NCBI GenBank assembly: GCA_965228735.1
Contig: OZ245838.1
Span: 256,001-320,000, forward strand
From: Planctomycetota bacterium
GTDB taxonomy: Bacteria; Planctomycetota; UBA1135; UBA2386
Direction of reading: 5' to 3'
DNA length: 64,000 bases
The notes beneath the pieces were generated by a model that worked only from the letters and a program-made list of their open reading frames with translations, did no database searches and was not told where the DNA came from. Below are positions 19,423 to 28,649 of this stretch, in pieces. How positions within the stretch are numbered: position 1 is the stretch's first letter; each line of letters starts with the position of its first letter. Made by a program: the position numbers and the translations under genes.

Positions 19423-21095
19423 CGGGTGAGTTCGGGTCGGGCGAGGTGCCACTCGGTTTCCCGCTGCCAGGCGTCGGCCACCGCGAGCAGCGCGGCCTCG
19501 CCGTCGAGCTGGCCGACGAGCGCGAGCATCGTCGGGCGGCTGCCGCGCTCGTCGTCCTTGCCGACGGGCAGCACGTAGGTCGGGTGACCGGTGAGGTTGG
19601 TCGCGGTCAGCGTCGGGCCGCCGTGGGTCGGCGCGACGAGCACGTCGACGCCCGCGAGCGCGCGCTGCATGTCGACCTGCAGTTTGGCGCGATGGCGCGC
19701 GGCCTGCAGGAACTCGACGGCCGGGATCGTGCGCGCCGCGCGGAACGAGTTGGGCCAGCTGCCGGCCGCCTGCTGCACGAGCTCGTCGGCGAGGCCGAGC
19801 CGCAAGAACTCGTCGAACGCGGTCGCCGCCTCGGCCTCGAGCATCACGAGCATGCTGCGGTAGGGCGCGTCGGGGAGTGTGACCTCGACCGTCTCGCCGG
19901 CCTGTTCCTTGATCCACTCGACGAACGCGCGGTCCTCGTCGCGACCCGGAAAGCGGCGCTGCTGCAGGATGCCGACCTTGAGGCCATCGAGCGGCCGGTC
20001 GCGCCGCCAATCGAACGCGCAGTCCCGCACGGCCGGATCGTGGCCGTCGCTGCCGCGGATGCAGTCGAAGACGAGCGCCGCGTCGACCGCCGAGCGCGCG
20101 ATCGGGCCGATCTTGTCCATCGTCCACGACAGCGGCATCGCGCCGTAGCGGCTCACGTTGCCGAACGTCGGGCGCAGTCCCGCGATGCCGGATTGCCGAC
20201 ACGGCGAGACGATGGAGCCGAGCGTCTCCGTGCCGATCGCAAACGGCACGAGCCCGGCGGCGACGGCGGAGCACGGTCCGGCCGACGAGCCGCTGCTGCC
20301 CTGCTCCGGCTGGAACGGGTTGCGCGTGCGGCCGCCGAACCAGCGATCGCCCATCGCGAGTTCGCCGAGGGTCAGCTTGGCGACGAGCACGGCGCCGGCG
20401 GCCTCCAGTTTGGCGAGCACCGTCGCGCGCACGTCCCACTCGTGGTCCTGGAATGGTGCTGCGCCGAACGTCGTGATCGTGCCGGGCCAGCCGAACAGGT
20501 CCTTGGCGCCGTAGGGGATGCCGTGCAGCGGACCGCGGTCCTTGCCGTTCTTCAGTTCGCGGTCGGCCTGGTCGGCGGCCGCGAGCGCGGTCTCCGCGAG
20601 CAGGCTCACGACGCACAGCAGCTTCGGGTCGAACTTCTTGAGCCGCGCGATCGCGAGCTCGGTGAGCTTGCGGCTCGTGACGTGACCCTGGCGCAGCAGG
20701 CCCGCGAGCTCGTCGACGGTCGCGAACGCGAGGTCGGTGTCGTTCGCCTTGGCCGAGACATCCGTGCGGATCGTGAACGGCACGGGCCCGGTCGGGGCTG
20801 CGCGTTCGGCCCCGGGCGGATACGGGTCGAACGCGATGCACGGCGAGAGCTCGAACGGCGGCGACGTGCGGCGGAGCTCTTCGTAGCGGCCGCGCAGGCG
20901 CTGCAGGCGCGGACCGGCGAGCTCGCGGTGCGCCTCGGAGAACTCGAGCCCACAGAGCCGCGCGGCGGCAGCCATGTCCTCGGGGTCGTCGATCGGCGGG
21001 CGGCCCCGGGGCGTGATCGCGGCCGCACCCGAGGCGGCGCCGAGGCCGAGCAGGAAGTGGCGGCGGGTCCGAAAGGGTGCGGGTGAAATGGCCAT
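19419..21095 (-). CDS. Amidase signature (GatA-like) family protein with Tat signal
   Basis: TRRHFLLG twin-arginine motif; GPLHGIPYGAKDL, GSSGSSAG, IGTETLGSI. Confidence 0.92.
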   Translation of the reverse strand: MAISPAPFRTRRHFLLGLGAASGAAAITPRGRPPIDDPEDMAAAARLCGLEFSEAHRELAGPRLQRLRGRYEELRRTSPPFELSPCIAFDPYPPGAERAAPTGPVPFTIRTDVSAKANDTDLAFATVDELAGLLRQGHVTSRKLTELAIARLKKFDPKLLCVVSLLAETALAAADQADRELKNGKDRGPLHGIPYGAKDLFGWPGTITTFGAAPFQDHEWDVRATVLAKLEAAGAVLVAKLTLGELAMGDRWFGGRTRNPFQPEQGSSGSSAGPCSAVAAGLVPFAIGTETLGSIVSPCRQSGIAGLRPTFGNVSRYGAMPLSWTMDKIGPIARSAVDAALVFDCIRGSDGHDPAVRDCAFDWRRDRPLDGLKVGILQQRRFPGRDEDRAFVEWIKEQAGETVEVTLPDAPYRSMLVMLEAEAATAFDEFLRLGLADELVQQAAGSWPNSFRAARTIPAVEFLQAARHRAKLQVDMQRALAGVDVLVAPTHGGPTLTATNLTGHPTYVLPVGKDDERGSRPTMLALVGQLDGEAALLAVADAWQRETEWHLARPELTR

Positions 21096-21235
21096 GGCGA
21101 GCTGGCGGTGGGCCCCGACGATCCGGGGCGCTACGGAAAGGATCCGAAGAACCGTCGGCGCGGAAGCAAAGCCGGGCGACAATCGTCCTGCCCGGCCGGC
21201 TACCTACGCCGCTGACCCCGATTGTGCCGATCCTC

Positions 21236-22876
21236 ATGCGCAGATTCTCCGTCCCGTTCTTCCCGATTCTGTCTCTCACGCTCGCCGCGCCCACGCTGGC
21301 GCAGGCCGCGGCGGACGCCGTCGCGACGCCGCCCGCGGCCATGTCGACGATCCACGAGAGCAATCTGCTGCGGCATGCCCGCTTCCTCGCGAGCGATCAG
21401 CTCGGCGGTCGGCTCACCGGGTCACCGGGTCAGGAAGCCGCGGCCAAGTACATCGCCGGCCACTTCGCGCGCCTCGGGCTCGAGCCGCTCGGGGACGAGG
21501 TCGACGGCGGGCGCCGGTCGTGGTTCCAGGACTACGGCATCACGCGCACGGCGCTCGCGGAATCGACGATGCTGAAGGTCGCCGAGGCGACGTGGAACGA
21601 CGGCTTCGCGGTGCTCGGCGGCTCGACCGACCCGGTCGCGATCACGGGCAAGCTGAAGTTCTACGGCTTCGGCCGCACGCGCGGCGGCAGCGCGGAAGTC
21701 GCTGACGGTGAGAGCCTCGAGGGCGTGATCCCGGTCGTGCTCGTGAAGCAGCCCAAGGGCAGGGTCGACCAGCAGCTGTCCGTCGAGCAGAAGTTCATGA
21801 TGTCGTTCCGCTCGTTCGGCGTGATGCGTCGCACGACGCAGAACCTGAAGAAGCTCGGTGCCGAGGCCGTGGTCTTCGCGCTGCCCGACGACGACTTCGG
21901 GACCGCGGACGTGCTCAACTATCTCGGCCTGTCGCCGGGCAAGGACCAGCTGTCACCGCGCTTCCAAGGCGGCGACGGGCAGATGGCCGCGATGAGTCAG
22001 ATGATGGGCGGGCAGTTCGGCGCGCCGGCGTTCGTGCTGTCGGAGACGCGCAGCCGCGAGCTGCTCGCGGCACTCGGGACCGATCTCGACGCGGTGCGCG
22101 CGTTCGCGGCCGGTGATGGCGAGCTGCCGGCGAGCAATGGCGGCATCCCGGGCAGCGCCAGGGCGCAGGTCGTGCGCGACGACGAGGCGACCGCGTGCAA
22201 CGTCGTCGCCGTTCTGCGGGGCAGGGACCCGGATCTTGCCGACGAGGCGATCGTGTATTCGGCGCACATGGACCACGTCGGCAAGAGGCTCGACGGTGAG
22301 GTGTTCAACGGCGCCGACGACAACGCGTCGGGCACGTCGGGTCTGCTCGAGATCGCGCGGGCGTTCACGAAACTGAAGGAGCGGCCGCGCCGCAGCATCA
22401 TCTTCCTGTCCGTCTCGGGCGAAGAGCTCGGGCTGTGGGGCAGCGCCTACTACGCGGACAACCCGACGTGGGACAGCGAGAAGATCATCGCCGACATCAA
22501 CACGGACATGATCGGTCGCAGCGGGCCGGAGTCGGGGGCGACGTCGGTCACGGTGACGCCGAGCCATCGGCATCAGATGTTCTCGACGCTCGTGCAGCGC
22601 TCGGCCGCGCTCGGCGAGCAGCTCGGGCTGTCGTTCGAGAACGGTGACAAGTACTACACGCGCAGCGACCACTTCAACTTCGCCAAGAAGGGCATCCCGG
22701 TGGTGTTCTTCTGCAACGGCGAGCACGAGGACTACCACCAGGTCACCGATCACGCGGAGAAGCTCGACGGTGACAAGATGGAGCGCATTGCGCGGCTCGC
22801 GTTCTGGACCGGTTGGGTGACGGCCAACGCCGACGAGCGGCCGGCGACGATCGGGCGGCAGGACGACTGGCGATGA
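21236..22876 (+). CDS. M28 family metallopeptidase, exported
   Basis: Signal peptide; FLASDQLGGR, SAHMDH, NGADDNASG, SGEELGLWGS, RSDH, DYH. Confidence 0.93.
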   Translation: MRRFSVPFFPILSLTLAAPTLAQAAADAVATPPAAMSTIHESNLLRHARFLASDQLGGRLTGSPGQEAAAKYIAGHFARLGLEPLGDEVDGGRRSWFQDYGITRTALAESTMLKVAEATWNDGFAVLGGSTDPVAITGKLKFYGFGRTRGGSAEVADGESLEGVIPVVLVKQPKGRVDQQLSVEQKFMMSFRSFGVMRRTTQNLKKLGAEAVVFALPDDDFGTADVLNYLGLSPGKDQLSPRFQGGDGQMAAMSQMMGGQFGAPAFVLSETRSRELLAALGTDLDAVRAFAAGDGELPASNGGIPGSARAQVVRDDEATACNVVAVLRGRDPDLADEAIVYSAHMDHVGKRLDGEVFNGADDNASGTSGLLEIARAFTKLKERPRRSIIFLSVSGEELGLWGSAYYADNPTWDSEKIIADINTDMIGRSGPESGATSVTVTPSHRHQMFSTLVQRSAALGEQLGLSFENGDKYYTRSDHFNFAKKGIPVVFFCNGEHEDYHQVTDHAEKLDGDKMERIARLAFWTGWVTANADERPATIGRQDDWR

Positions 22877-23280
22877 GCCGAGCCCAGCCGCCCGCGATCG
22901 CGGACTTCCTCGCGGTGCGGTCGTTCGCGGTCGTTGGCGCATCCGAGGATCGCGCCAAGTTCGGCAACAAGGTGCTGCGGTGCTACGCGCAGCACGATTT
23001 GCCCGTCGTCGGGGTCAATCCCAAGCTCGACCGCGTCGAGGGCGTGGCGTGCTACGCGTCGCTCGGTGATGCCGCGGCCGCCGTCGACGGGCCGATCGCG
23101 GCGTCGGTCGTGGCGCCGCCGGCGGCAGCGGAGTCGATCGTCTCCGACGCGATCGCCGCGGGCGTGCGGCAGCTCTGGTTCCAGCCCGGTGCCGAGGATC
23201 CGGCGGCGAGTGCCGCGGCGCGCGCCGCCGGGATCGCGGTGATCGACGACGGTTCGTGCCTGCTCGTCGCGCTGGGGTAG
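22873..23280 (+). CDS. CoA-binding protein (YccU-like)
   Basis: FAVVGASEDRAKFG, VNPK, LWFQPGA, SCLLV; ATGA overlap with the M28 gene. Confidence 0.9.
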   Translation: MSRAQPPAIADFLAVRSFAVVGASEDRAKFGNKVLRCYAQHDLPVVGVNPKLDRVEGVACYASLGDAAAAVDGPIAASVVAPPAAAESIVSDAIAAGVRQLWFQPGAEDPAASAAARAAGIAVIDDGSCLLVALG

Positions 23281-23302
23281 TGGGAGCAGTATCGTCTTCG
23301 GC

Positions 23303-24019
23303 ATGCCCTCGCTCGTCGACCTGACGCGCGACGCGGTGGCCGAGCTCGAGAGCCTGCGGTTCGGCGATCCCGTCGCGTGCGTCTACAACCCGCTCGATCA
23401 TGCGTGGGATCTGCACCGCAAGTTCCTGCAGCGCTACGGGCGTGGCACCAAGCGCTACGTGCTGCTCGGGATGAACCCCGGCCCGTTCGGCATGGTGCAG
23501 ACGGGCGTGCCGTTCGGCGAGGTCGAGGCCGTGCGCAGCTGGCTGCGGATCGACGGTGAGGTCAAGCAGCCGAAGAACGTGCACCCGAAGCGCCCCGTCG
23601 AGGGGCTCGCGTGCAAGCGCGCCGAGGTGAGCGGGCGCCGGGTCTGGGGCTGGGCCGCGCGGCGCTTCGTGACGCCGACGCGCTTCTTCCGGCAGTTCTA
23701 CGTGCACAACTACTGCCCGCTCGCGTTCGTGTCGGAGACCGGCAGCAACCTCACGCCTGACAAGCTCAAGAAGGCGGACAGCAAGCCGTTGTTCGAGATC
23801 TGTGACCGCATGCTGCGTCGCGTGATCGACGCGCTGCGCCCCGAGCTCGTCATCGGCATCGGCGCCTTTGCCGAGGACCGCGCGCGCCGCGTCCTGTCGA
23901 GCGACGGTCCGCGCATCGGCCGCATCCCGCACCCGAGCCCCGCGAGCCCGGCCGCCAACCGCGGCTGGGAGCGCATCGCAGAAGAAGCGTTCGCCGAACT
24001 CGGAGTCGAGCTCGGCTGA
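23303..24019 (+). CDS. SMUG1-family single-strand-selective uracil-DNA glycosylase
   Basis: VYNPLDHAW, LLGMNPGPFGMVQTGVPFG, EVSGRRVWG, NYCPL, HPSPASP. Confidence 0.93.
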   Translation: MPSLVDLTRDAVAELESLRFGDPVACVYNPLDHAWDLHRKFLQRYGRGTKRYVLLGMNPGPFGMVQTGVPFGEVEAVRSWLRIDGEVKQPKNVHPKRPVEGLACKRAEVSGRRVWGWAARRFVTPTRFFRQFYVHNYCPLAFVSETGSNLTPDKLKKADSKPLFEICDRMLRRVIDALRPELVIGIGAFAEDRARRVLSSDGPRIGRIPHPSPASPAANRGWERIAEEAFAELGVELG

Positions 24020-24021
24020 GA

Positions 24022-24138
24022 GTGGCGGTACCGAACCCGCTTCAAATCCGCCACCCGGCCAGACCTCCAACCGGCGTTGGCGCAGCGCGTATCGGCTCCC
24101 TGCGCGTGGCGGATTTGAAGCGGGTTCGGTACCGCCAC
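24022..24138. repeat. Perfect 33-bp inverted repeat pair (REP-doublet-like) between convergent genes
   Basis: GTGGCGGTACCGAACCCGCTTCAAATCCGCCAC at 24022-24054 and its exact reverse complement at 24106-24138; each arm is bounded by GTGGCGG/CCGCCAC. Confidence 0.85.
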
Positions 24139-24163
24139 CCGCATGCCGGGAGGGACCGGGGGT

Positions 24164-24796
24164 CTACTGGAAGCAGGCGGGCGGCCGGCGGAGGCGGCCG
24201 AGGTGCTTCTGCAGCGCGCCGAAGAGGCGCTTCCTGGCGCGCATGATGCGGATGGCGACGGTGCCGGTCGGCAGGCCGAGCTGCTTGCCGGCCTCCTGGT
24301 AGGCGACGCCCTGGCGGACGCAGAGTTCGAAGACCTCGCGGTAGTGGTCCGGCAGTGACGCGACGGCCGCGCGGAACGCGCTCATGAACTCCTCGACCTC
24401 GAGCGCGCGGTCGTCGTTCTTGGCCGGGAGCGTCGCGAGCAGGTCGACCTCGTCGCGGTCCGAGGTCTGCAGCGCGCTCGCCGGCCGCGGCAGGCGCTTC
24501 TGCGAACGCAGCGCCGACAGCGCCTGATTGCGCGCGATCTCGAAGAGCCACGCCCGGAAGTTGGTGCCGGGGCGGTAGAGGTCGTTCTTCAGCAGCAGCT
24601 TCTCGAACACCTCCTGCGTGACGTCCTGCGCCAGGTGCTGATCCCGCACCATGCCCTGCACGAAGTGCAGGATGCGCTTGCCGTAGCGGGCCTCGAGCGC
24701 CGTCAGCGCATACTCGCTCTCACCGTTCTGCAGGCTGGCAACGAGGTCTTCGTCGCTGGCTGCGGGCTCGGGAAAGGTGCGGTCGACGGTCGTCAT
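24164..24796 (-). CDS. ECF-type sigma-70 factor
   Basis: SDEDLV, AQDVTQEVF, FRAWLFEIARN, LPDHYREVF, YQEAGKQLGLPTGTV..RIMRARKRL. Confidence 0.93.
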   Translation of the reverse strand: MTTVDRTFPEPAASDEDLVASLQNGESEYALTALEARYGKRILHFVQGMVRDQHLAQDVTQEVFEKLLLKNDLYRPGTNFRAWLFEIARNQALSALRSQKRLPRPASALQTSDRDEVDLLATLPAKNDDRALEVEEFMSAFRAAVASLPDHYREVFELCVRQGVAYQEAGKQLGLPTGTVAIRIMRARKRLFGALQKHLGRLRRPPACFQ

Positions 24797-24808
24797 GGCC
24801 GCGTCATC

Positions 24809-24823
24809 TCAAGGACCGTGCCA
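24809..24823 (-). promoter_or_regulatory. Putative sigma-54 (-24/-12) promoter
   Basis: Minus strand TGGCACGGTCCTTGA versus consensus TGGCACGNNNNTTGC (C>A at -12); ends 12 nt before the ECF ATG. Confidence 0.55.
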
Positions 24824-24987
24824 GCGCTCTGACTTTCTCCGCACAAGTGCGTAAGTGCCGTAGGTATGAGGGTTGTGGTGATCGGGGCCGAACTGGGCAG
24901 GCCTCGGTGCCTACGGATTGCGGCACCCGGGTGCCGCTTCGATTTGGCGTTGCATGTCGAATTTCGCGGGCGTGAAAACGCTCGCCT

Positions 24988-25986
24988 TCAGAACGGAAAC
25001 AGCTCCGCTCCGCCCGCGAGCGCGGCATCGAGCAGCGCCAGGTTGTGGCCCTGCCGCGGGTCCTCGTCGCCGTGAGTGAGGAAGCTCCAGTTGAGCCGCC
25101 GCAGAGCCAGATACGCGACCGCGCTGCGCAGACCCCACTCGGTCCGGATGCGATCACCGCCGACGCTCTCGCCGAACCACCGCTGCACCAGCTGTCGCTT
25201 CCATTCCGCGTGGCGCTCGCTGTGGATCCAGAACCACGCGAAGTCGTGGTCGCGGTTGCCGAGGCCGAGGTTCTCGAAGTCGACGAGGTGTGGCCGGCCA
25301 TCGGCCGTCACGACGACGTTGTCTTCGAGGAACTCACCGTGCACGAGCACGTGGTCGCGCGATTCCGTCCAGCGCAGCGCCTCGGCGAAGAAACTCTGCA
25401 CCCGCCGCCACCGCGACTCGCCGATGATCAGCAGCACCGAGTCGTACATCGTGCGAACGCGTTCGAGGTAGGACACCGGATCCCAGTGGGCGACGGGGAA
25501 CCCGCGGCGCCCGACGAGGCGCTCGGTCGGCAGTTCTCGGAGCCGCCGCAGCAACTCCAGCACGTGATCCTGGTCGAGCGTCTCCTCCTTGGGGCCGACC
25601 GCGGCCGGCAGCAGTTCGAGGAGCATCCAGGCCGGCGGTTCGCCGGGGCCGAACGCGACGGTGCGCGGCGCCGGCAGCTCGCGACGGTCCGGATCGGTGC
25701 TGTCGAGCAGGCGGTAGAACCCGGTCTCGCGCCACGCGTAGTCCGACGGCCGCGCGCCGGCGGGCAGGACCGCATCGGGCGCGGGCGGCAGGTATTGCTT
25801 GAGCAGGTAGGCCTGTCCCGCCGCGTTCTCGCCGACCAGTGTCAGCGACGTTCGGCGGCAGTTGGCCAGCGCGCGCGGCAGCTCGACCTCGCGCAGACCG
25901 AGGTCCGACAGGACCTCACGGGCCGCGGCCAGCTGGGCGCTGTCGGCGGCGGATCCGGCGGAACCGGGTTCAGTAGGTGGAGTCAC
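24988..25986 (-). CDS. APH/choline kinase-like phosphotransferase
   Basis: YLLKQY, RETGFY, WMLLE, VLVHGEFLEDN, LVDFE. GTG start approximate. Confidence 0.75.
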   Translation of the reverse strand: MTPPTEPGSAGSAADSAQLAAAREVLSDLGLREVELPRALANCRRTSLTLVGENAAGQAYLLKQYLPPAPDAVLPAGARPSDYAWRETGFYRLLDSTDPDRRELPAPRTVAFGPGEPPAWMLLELLPAAVGPKEETLDQDHVLELLRRLRELPTERLVGRRGFPVAHWDPVSYLERVRTMYDSVLLIIGESRWRRVQSFFAEALRWTESRDHVLVHGEFLEDNVVVTADGRPHLVDFENLGLGNRDHDFAWFWIHSERHAEWKRQLVQRWFGESVGGDRIRTEWGLRSAVAYLALRRLNWSFLTHGDEDPRQGHNLALLDAALAGGAELFPF

Positions 25987-26103
25987 GCAGTCCCAGGCAT
26001 AGCGGATGGGCGAATCCGCCGCCAGCGGGCCCCATGCCATGGGCAGAACGAGACTTGCGGGGCATCCCGTCAAGAACGATGCCGCTCCTGGCCGAGGAAC
26101 GAC

Positions 26104-27507
26104 ATGTCCATGTCCGACGTCGACAACGACACCACTGGTACGGTCGAGGCCCTCGGCGACGGCCTCAAGGCCACGGTATGCGGCCTGATCGACGGGCTCT
26201 GCGTCGGCGATGACGAGGCCTACGAGAGCGAGTTCGTCAACCTCGTGGAGAAGGTCGGCGAGTTCGTCGATCGCAAGCTCCGCATGGAGGGGACGAAGAC
26301 GGCGACGCGCGACTTCCTCGGCGAGCTGCTGTTCACGCGCCTGCGGCGCGGCATGCGCCTGTTCTTGCAGAGCGAGGACGAGGTCGAACCGACGCGCGCG
26401 GCCGAGTGGGTCATGGGCGCGCTGTTCTCCGCGACGACGCTCACCGAGTTCGCGCGGGCGTTCGACAAGGTCCTGCTCGGCACGCAGTCGGGGAACACGG
26501 ACTTCAACTTCGCCGGCCGCACCGACTTCATCTCCGTCGAGGAGGTGATGCAGATGCTGTCGTCGGGCAAGCGCATCGGCTGCCTCAGCCTCGAGAAGGA
26601 CGACAACCGGCTCGACATCTACCTCAAGGACGGCCGCATCTTCTTCCTCGATCCGCACCAGGTCGTGCGCCGCGTGATGCCGGGGAACGACGCGATGTCG
26701 CACCGCGAGATCACCGAGGCGCAGGTTGCCGCGGCGGAGGCCGAACGCAAGAAGAGCGGGCAGCCCGCGATCCTCGCCTTGTGGGAAGTCGGCGTCTTCC
26801 AGGGCATGGATCAGCTCGCGATCCTGCGGCAGTTCGGCAAGGAAGTGCTGTTCGACTTCATGCGGTCGCAGGAGCCGTACGCGTTCTACTACCGCAGCCT
26901 CGAGGAGCTGCCGGAGTTCGCGATCGAGTACGACATCCGCGTCGGTGTCACGTCGCTGCTGCTCGAGGGCAGCAAGCAGATCGACGACTGGCAGCAGATG
27001 CTCGCGGTGATCCCGGATCCCGACGCGTCGCTCGAACCCAAGTCCGACATGTTCGCGCGCATGAGCGACGTCGCGCTCGGCGTGCTCGAGCTCAAGCTCG
27101 TGTCGCAGATCAACGGCGACACGTCGCCGCGGTCGCTCGTCGGGTCGCTCGGGCTGCCGCTGTTCGACATCTACATGCTGCTCATCAAGCTCAGCAAGGA
27201 CGGCGTGATCGCCGTGCCGGGCGGTGACGCGGCGGTGGCGTCCCTGACGCTCAGCGTCGAGGATTCGATGCAGGAGGCGTTCGCCGCGCTCGACGCGAAC
27301 GACGACGAGAGCCAGCGCCAGAGCGCGATCGACCGCGTGTTCGGCGACAGCGGCGACGGGGACGGCCTCGACGTCCTCGGCGGCACGGCGGCGAGTGCGC
27401 TCGATGCGGTCCTCGGCGGCGAGAGCAAGCCCGAGAGCGGCGACGACGACAACGACGGCGAACTGGACAAGGACCTGCTGTCGATCCTGCGGCGCACGCA
27501 GGACTGA
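26104..27507 (+). CDS. DUF4388 (PATAN-like) domain protein with acidic tail
   Basis: FAGRTDFISVEEVMQMLSSGKRIGCLSL..IYLKDGRI, SLLLEGSKQIDDW; strong GC3 bias; GAGGA upstream of ATG. Confidence 0.8.
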   Translation: MSMSDVDNDTTGTVEALGDGLKATVCGLIDGLCVGDDEAYESEFVNLVEKVGEFVDRKLRMEGTKTATRDFLGELLFTRLRRGMRLFLQSEDEVEPTRAAEWVMGALFSATTLTEFARAFDKVLLGTQSGNTDFNFAGRTDFISVEEVMQMLSSGKRIGCLSLEKDDNRLDIYLKDGRIFFLDPHQVVRRVMPGNDAMSHREITEAQVAAAEAERKKSGQPAILALWEVGVFQGMDQLAILRQFGKEVLFDFMRSQEPYAFYYRSLEELPEFAIEYDIRVGVTSLLLEGSKQIDDWQQMLAVIPDPDASLEPKSDMFARMSDVALGVLELKLVSQINGDTSPRSLVGSLGLPLFDIYMLLIKLSKDGVIAVPGGDAAVASLTLSVEDSMQEAFAALDANDDESQRQSAIDRVFGDSGDGDGLDVLGGTAASALDAVLGGESKPESGDDDNDGELDKDLLSILRRTQD

Positions 27508-27512
27508 CCCGG

Positions 27513-28616
27513 TCAGTCCCCCGGGCGGTCGGCAGCCGCGGCGTAGGCGGCGGCGTGCGCGCGGGCGCAACGTTCCCAGGAGAACTGCGCCGCTCGTTCC
27601 CGCCCGCGGGTGCGCAGCTGTCGCGCGGTCGCGTCGTCGGTGAGGATGCCGGTGAGCGCGTCGGTGACGGCGGTGACCGAGAGCTCAGGCAACCGGACCG
27701 CGGCGTCACCACACAGCTCGGGCAGCGAGCTGATGTCACTGATCACCGTCGGCACGCCGGCGGCGAGCGCGTCCGCGACGGCGAAGCCGAAGCCCTCGTA
27801 GGCCGACGGTGACGCGAACGCCGCGGCCTCGGCGTAGACCGCGGGCAGGTCGTCGGCGCTCACGTGCTCGAGCCACAGCGCGGTGTCGTCGCGCTCGATC
27901 TCGGCAATGGCCGCGTCGCTGAGCCAGCCGCGGCGCCCGACGACGAGGGCCTGGTGCGGCAGTCCGCGAGCGCGCAGCTCGCGAACGGCGGCGACGACGA
28001 GGTCGACGTTCTTGCGCGCCTGGATCGTCCCGACGTGCAGCACGTAATGCTCGGGCAGTCCGAGTCGCGCCCGCACCTCGGCCCGGGTCGCGGCGTCGAT
28101 CGCGGGCGCCGGATCGATGCCGTGTGGGATCACCTCGAGGCGGTCCGCTGCCGCCGGGAACACCGCGCGCATGTCCTGCGCCGTGGCCTCGGACGGCACG
28201 ACGATCCGCCGGGCCCGGCGCGCCGCGTCCCGCGTCGCCCGCCGCAGGAATGTCCGGGACCAGAACCCGAACGTCTCCGGCCGCGTGAAGTACGCGAGGT
28301 CGTGCACCGTGACGACGCTCGGCACCGGGCACCGCCGCGGCAGCGCGTTCTTGGTGTCGTGGTAGACGTCCGGTCGCACCTCGCGCAGCGCGCGCGGCAC
28401 CGCGAAGTGCTGCCAGCGCAGGCGGTCGATGCCGCCCTTCATCGGCAGCTCCACGACGTCGGCCTTGGCCGCGGCGAAGTACTGCGGCCGGTCCGTGAGC
28501 ACCGTCACCCGCAGGTCGTCGACGTGCGCCAGCGCCTCGACGAGCCGCCGCCCGTACGTGGCCGGGCCGCCGGTCGTGCCGCAGAGGCAGGCGATGGCGA
28601 CGTGCAGTGGGGGCAT
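27513..28616 (-). CDS. Glycosyltransferase family 4
   Basis: VVTVHDLAY, HVGTIQARKN, PSAYEGFG, SSLPE. Confidence 0.93.
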   Translation of the reverse strand: MPPLHVAIACLCGTTGGPATYGRRLVEALAHVDDLRVTVLTDRPQYFAAAKADVVELPMKGGIDRLRWQHFAVPRALREVRPDVYHDTKNALPRRCPVPSVVTVHDLAYFTRPETFGFWSRTFLRRATRDAARRARRIVVPSEATAQDMRAVFPAAADRLEVIPHGIDPAPAIDAATRAEVRARLGLPEHYVLHVGTIQARKNVDLVVAAVRELRARGLPHQALVVGRRGWLSDAAIAEIERDDTALWLEHVSADDLPAVYAEAAAFASPSAYEGFGFAVADALAAGVPTVISDISSLPELCGDAAVRLPELSVTAVTDALTGILTDDATARQLRTRGRERAAQFSWERCARAHAAAYAAAADRPGD

Positions 28617-28649
28617 GGGTGGAGCGGGTGTGGGCGTTGTCGCCGCGCG

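Noticed and set aside
18388..21363. Very long ORF-track calls such as 991 aa (18388-21363), 860 aa, 820 aa, 737 aa and 755 aa
   Set aside because: Only the 3' parts are coding; the N-terminal extensions overlap real genes and are R/A/P-rich noise, so starts were reassigned.
10719..24019. dcd + SMUG1 as an anti-phage or DNA-modification system
   Set aside because: The genes are 11 kb apart in unrelated operons, and both fit housekeeping nucleotide metabolism and repair.
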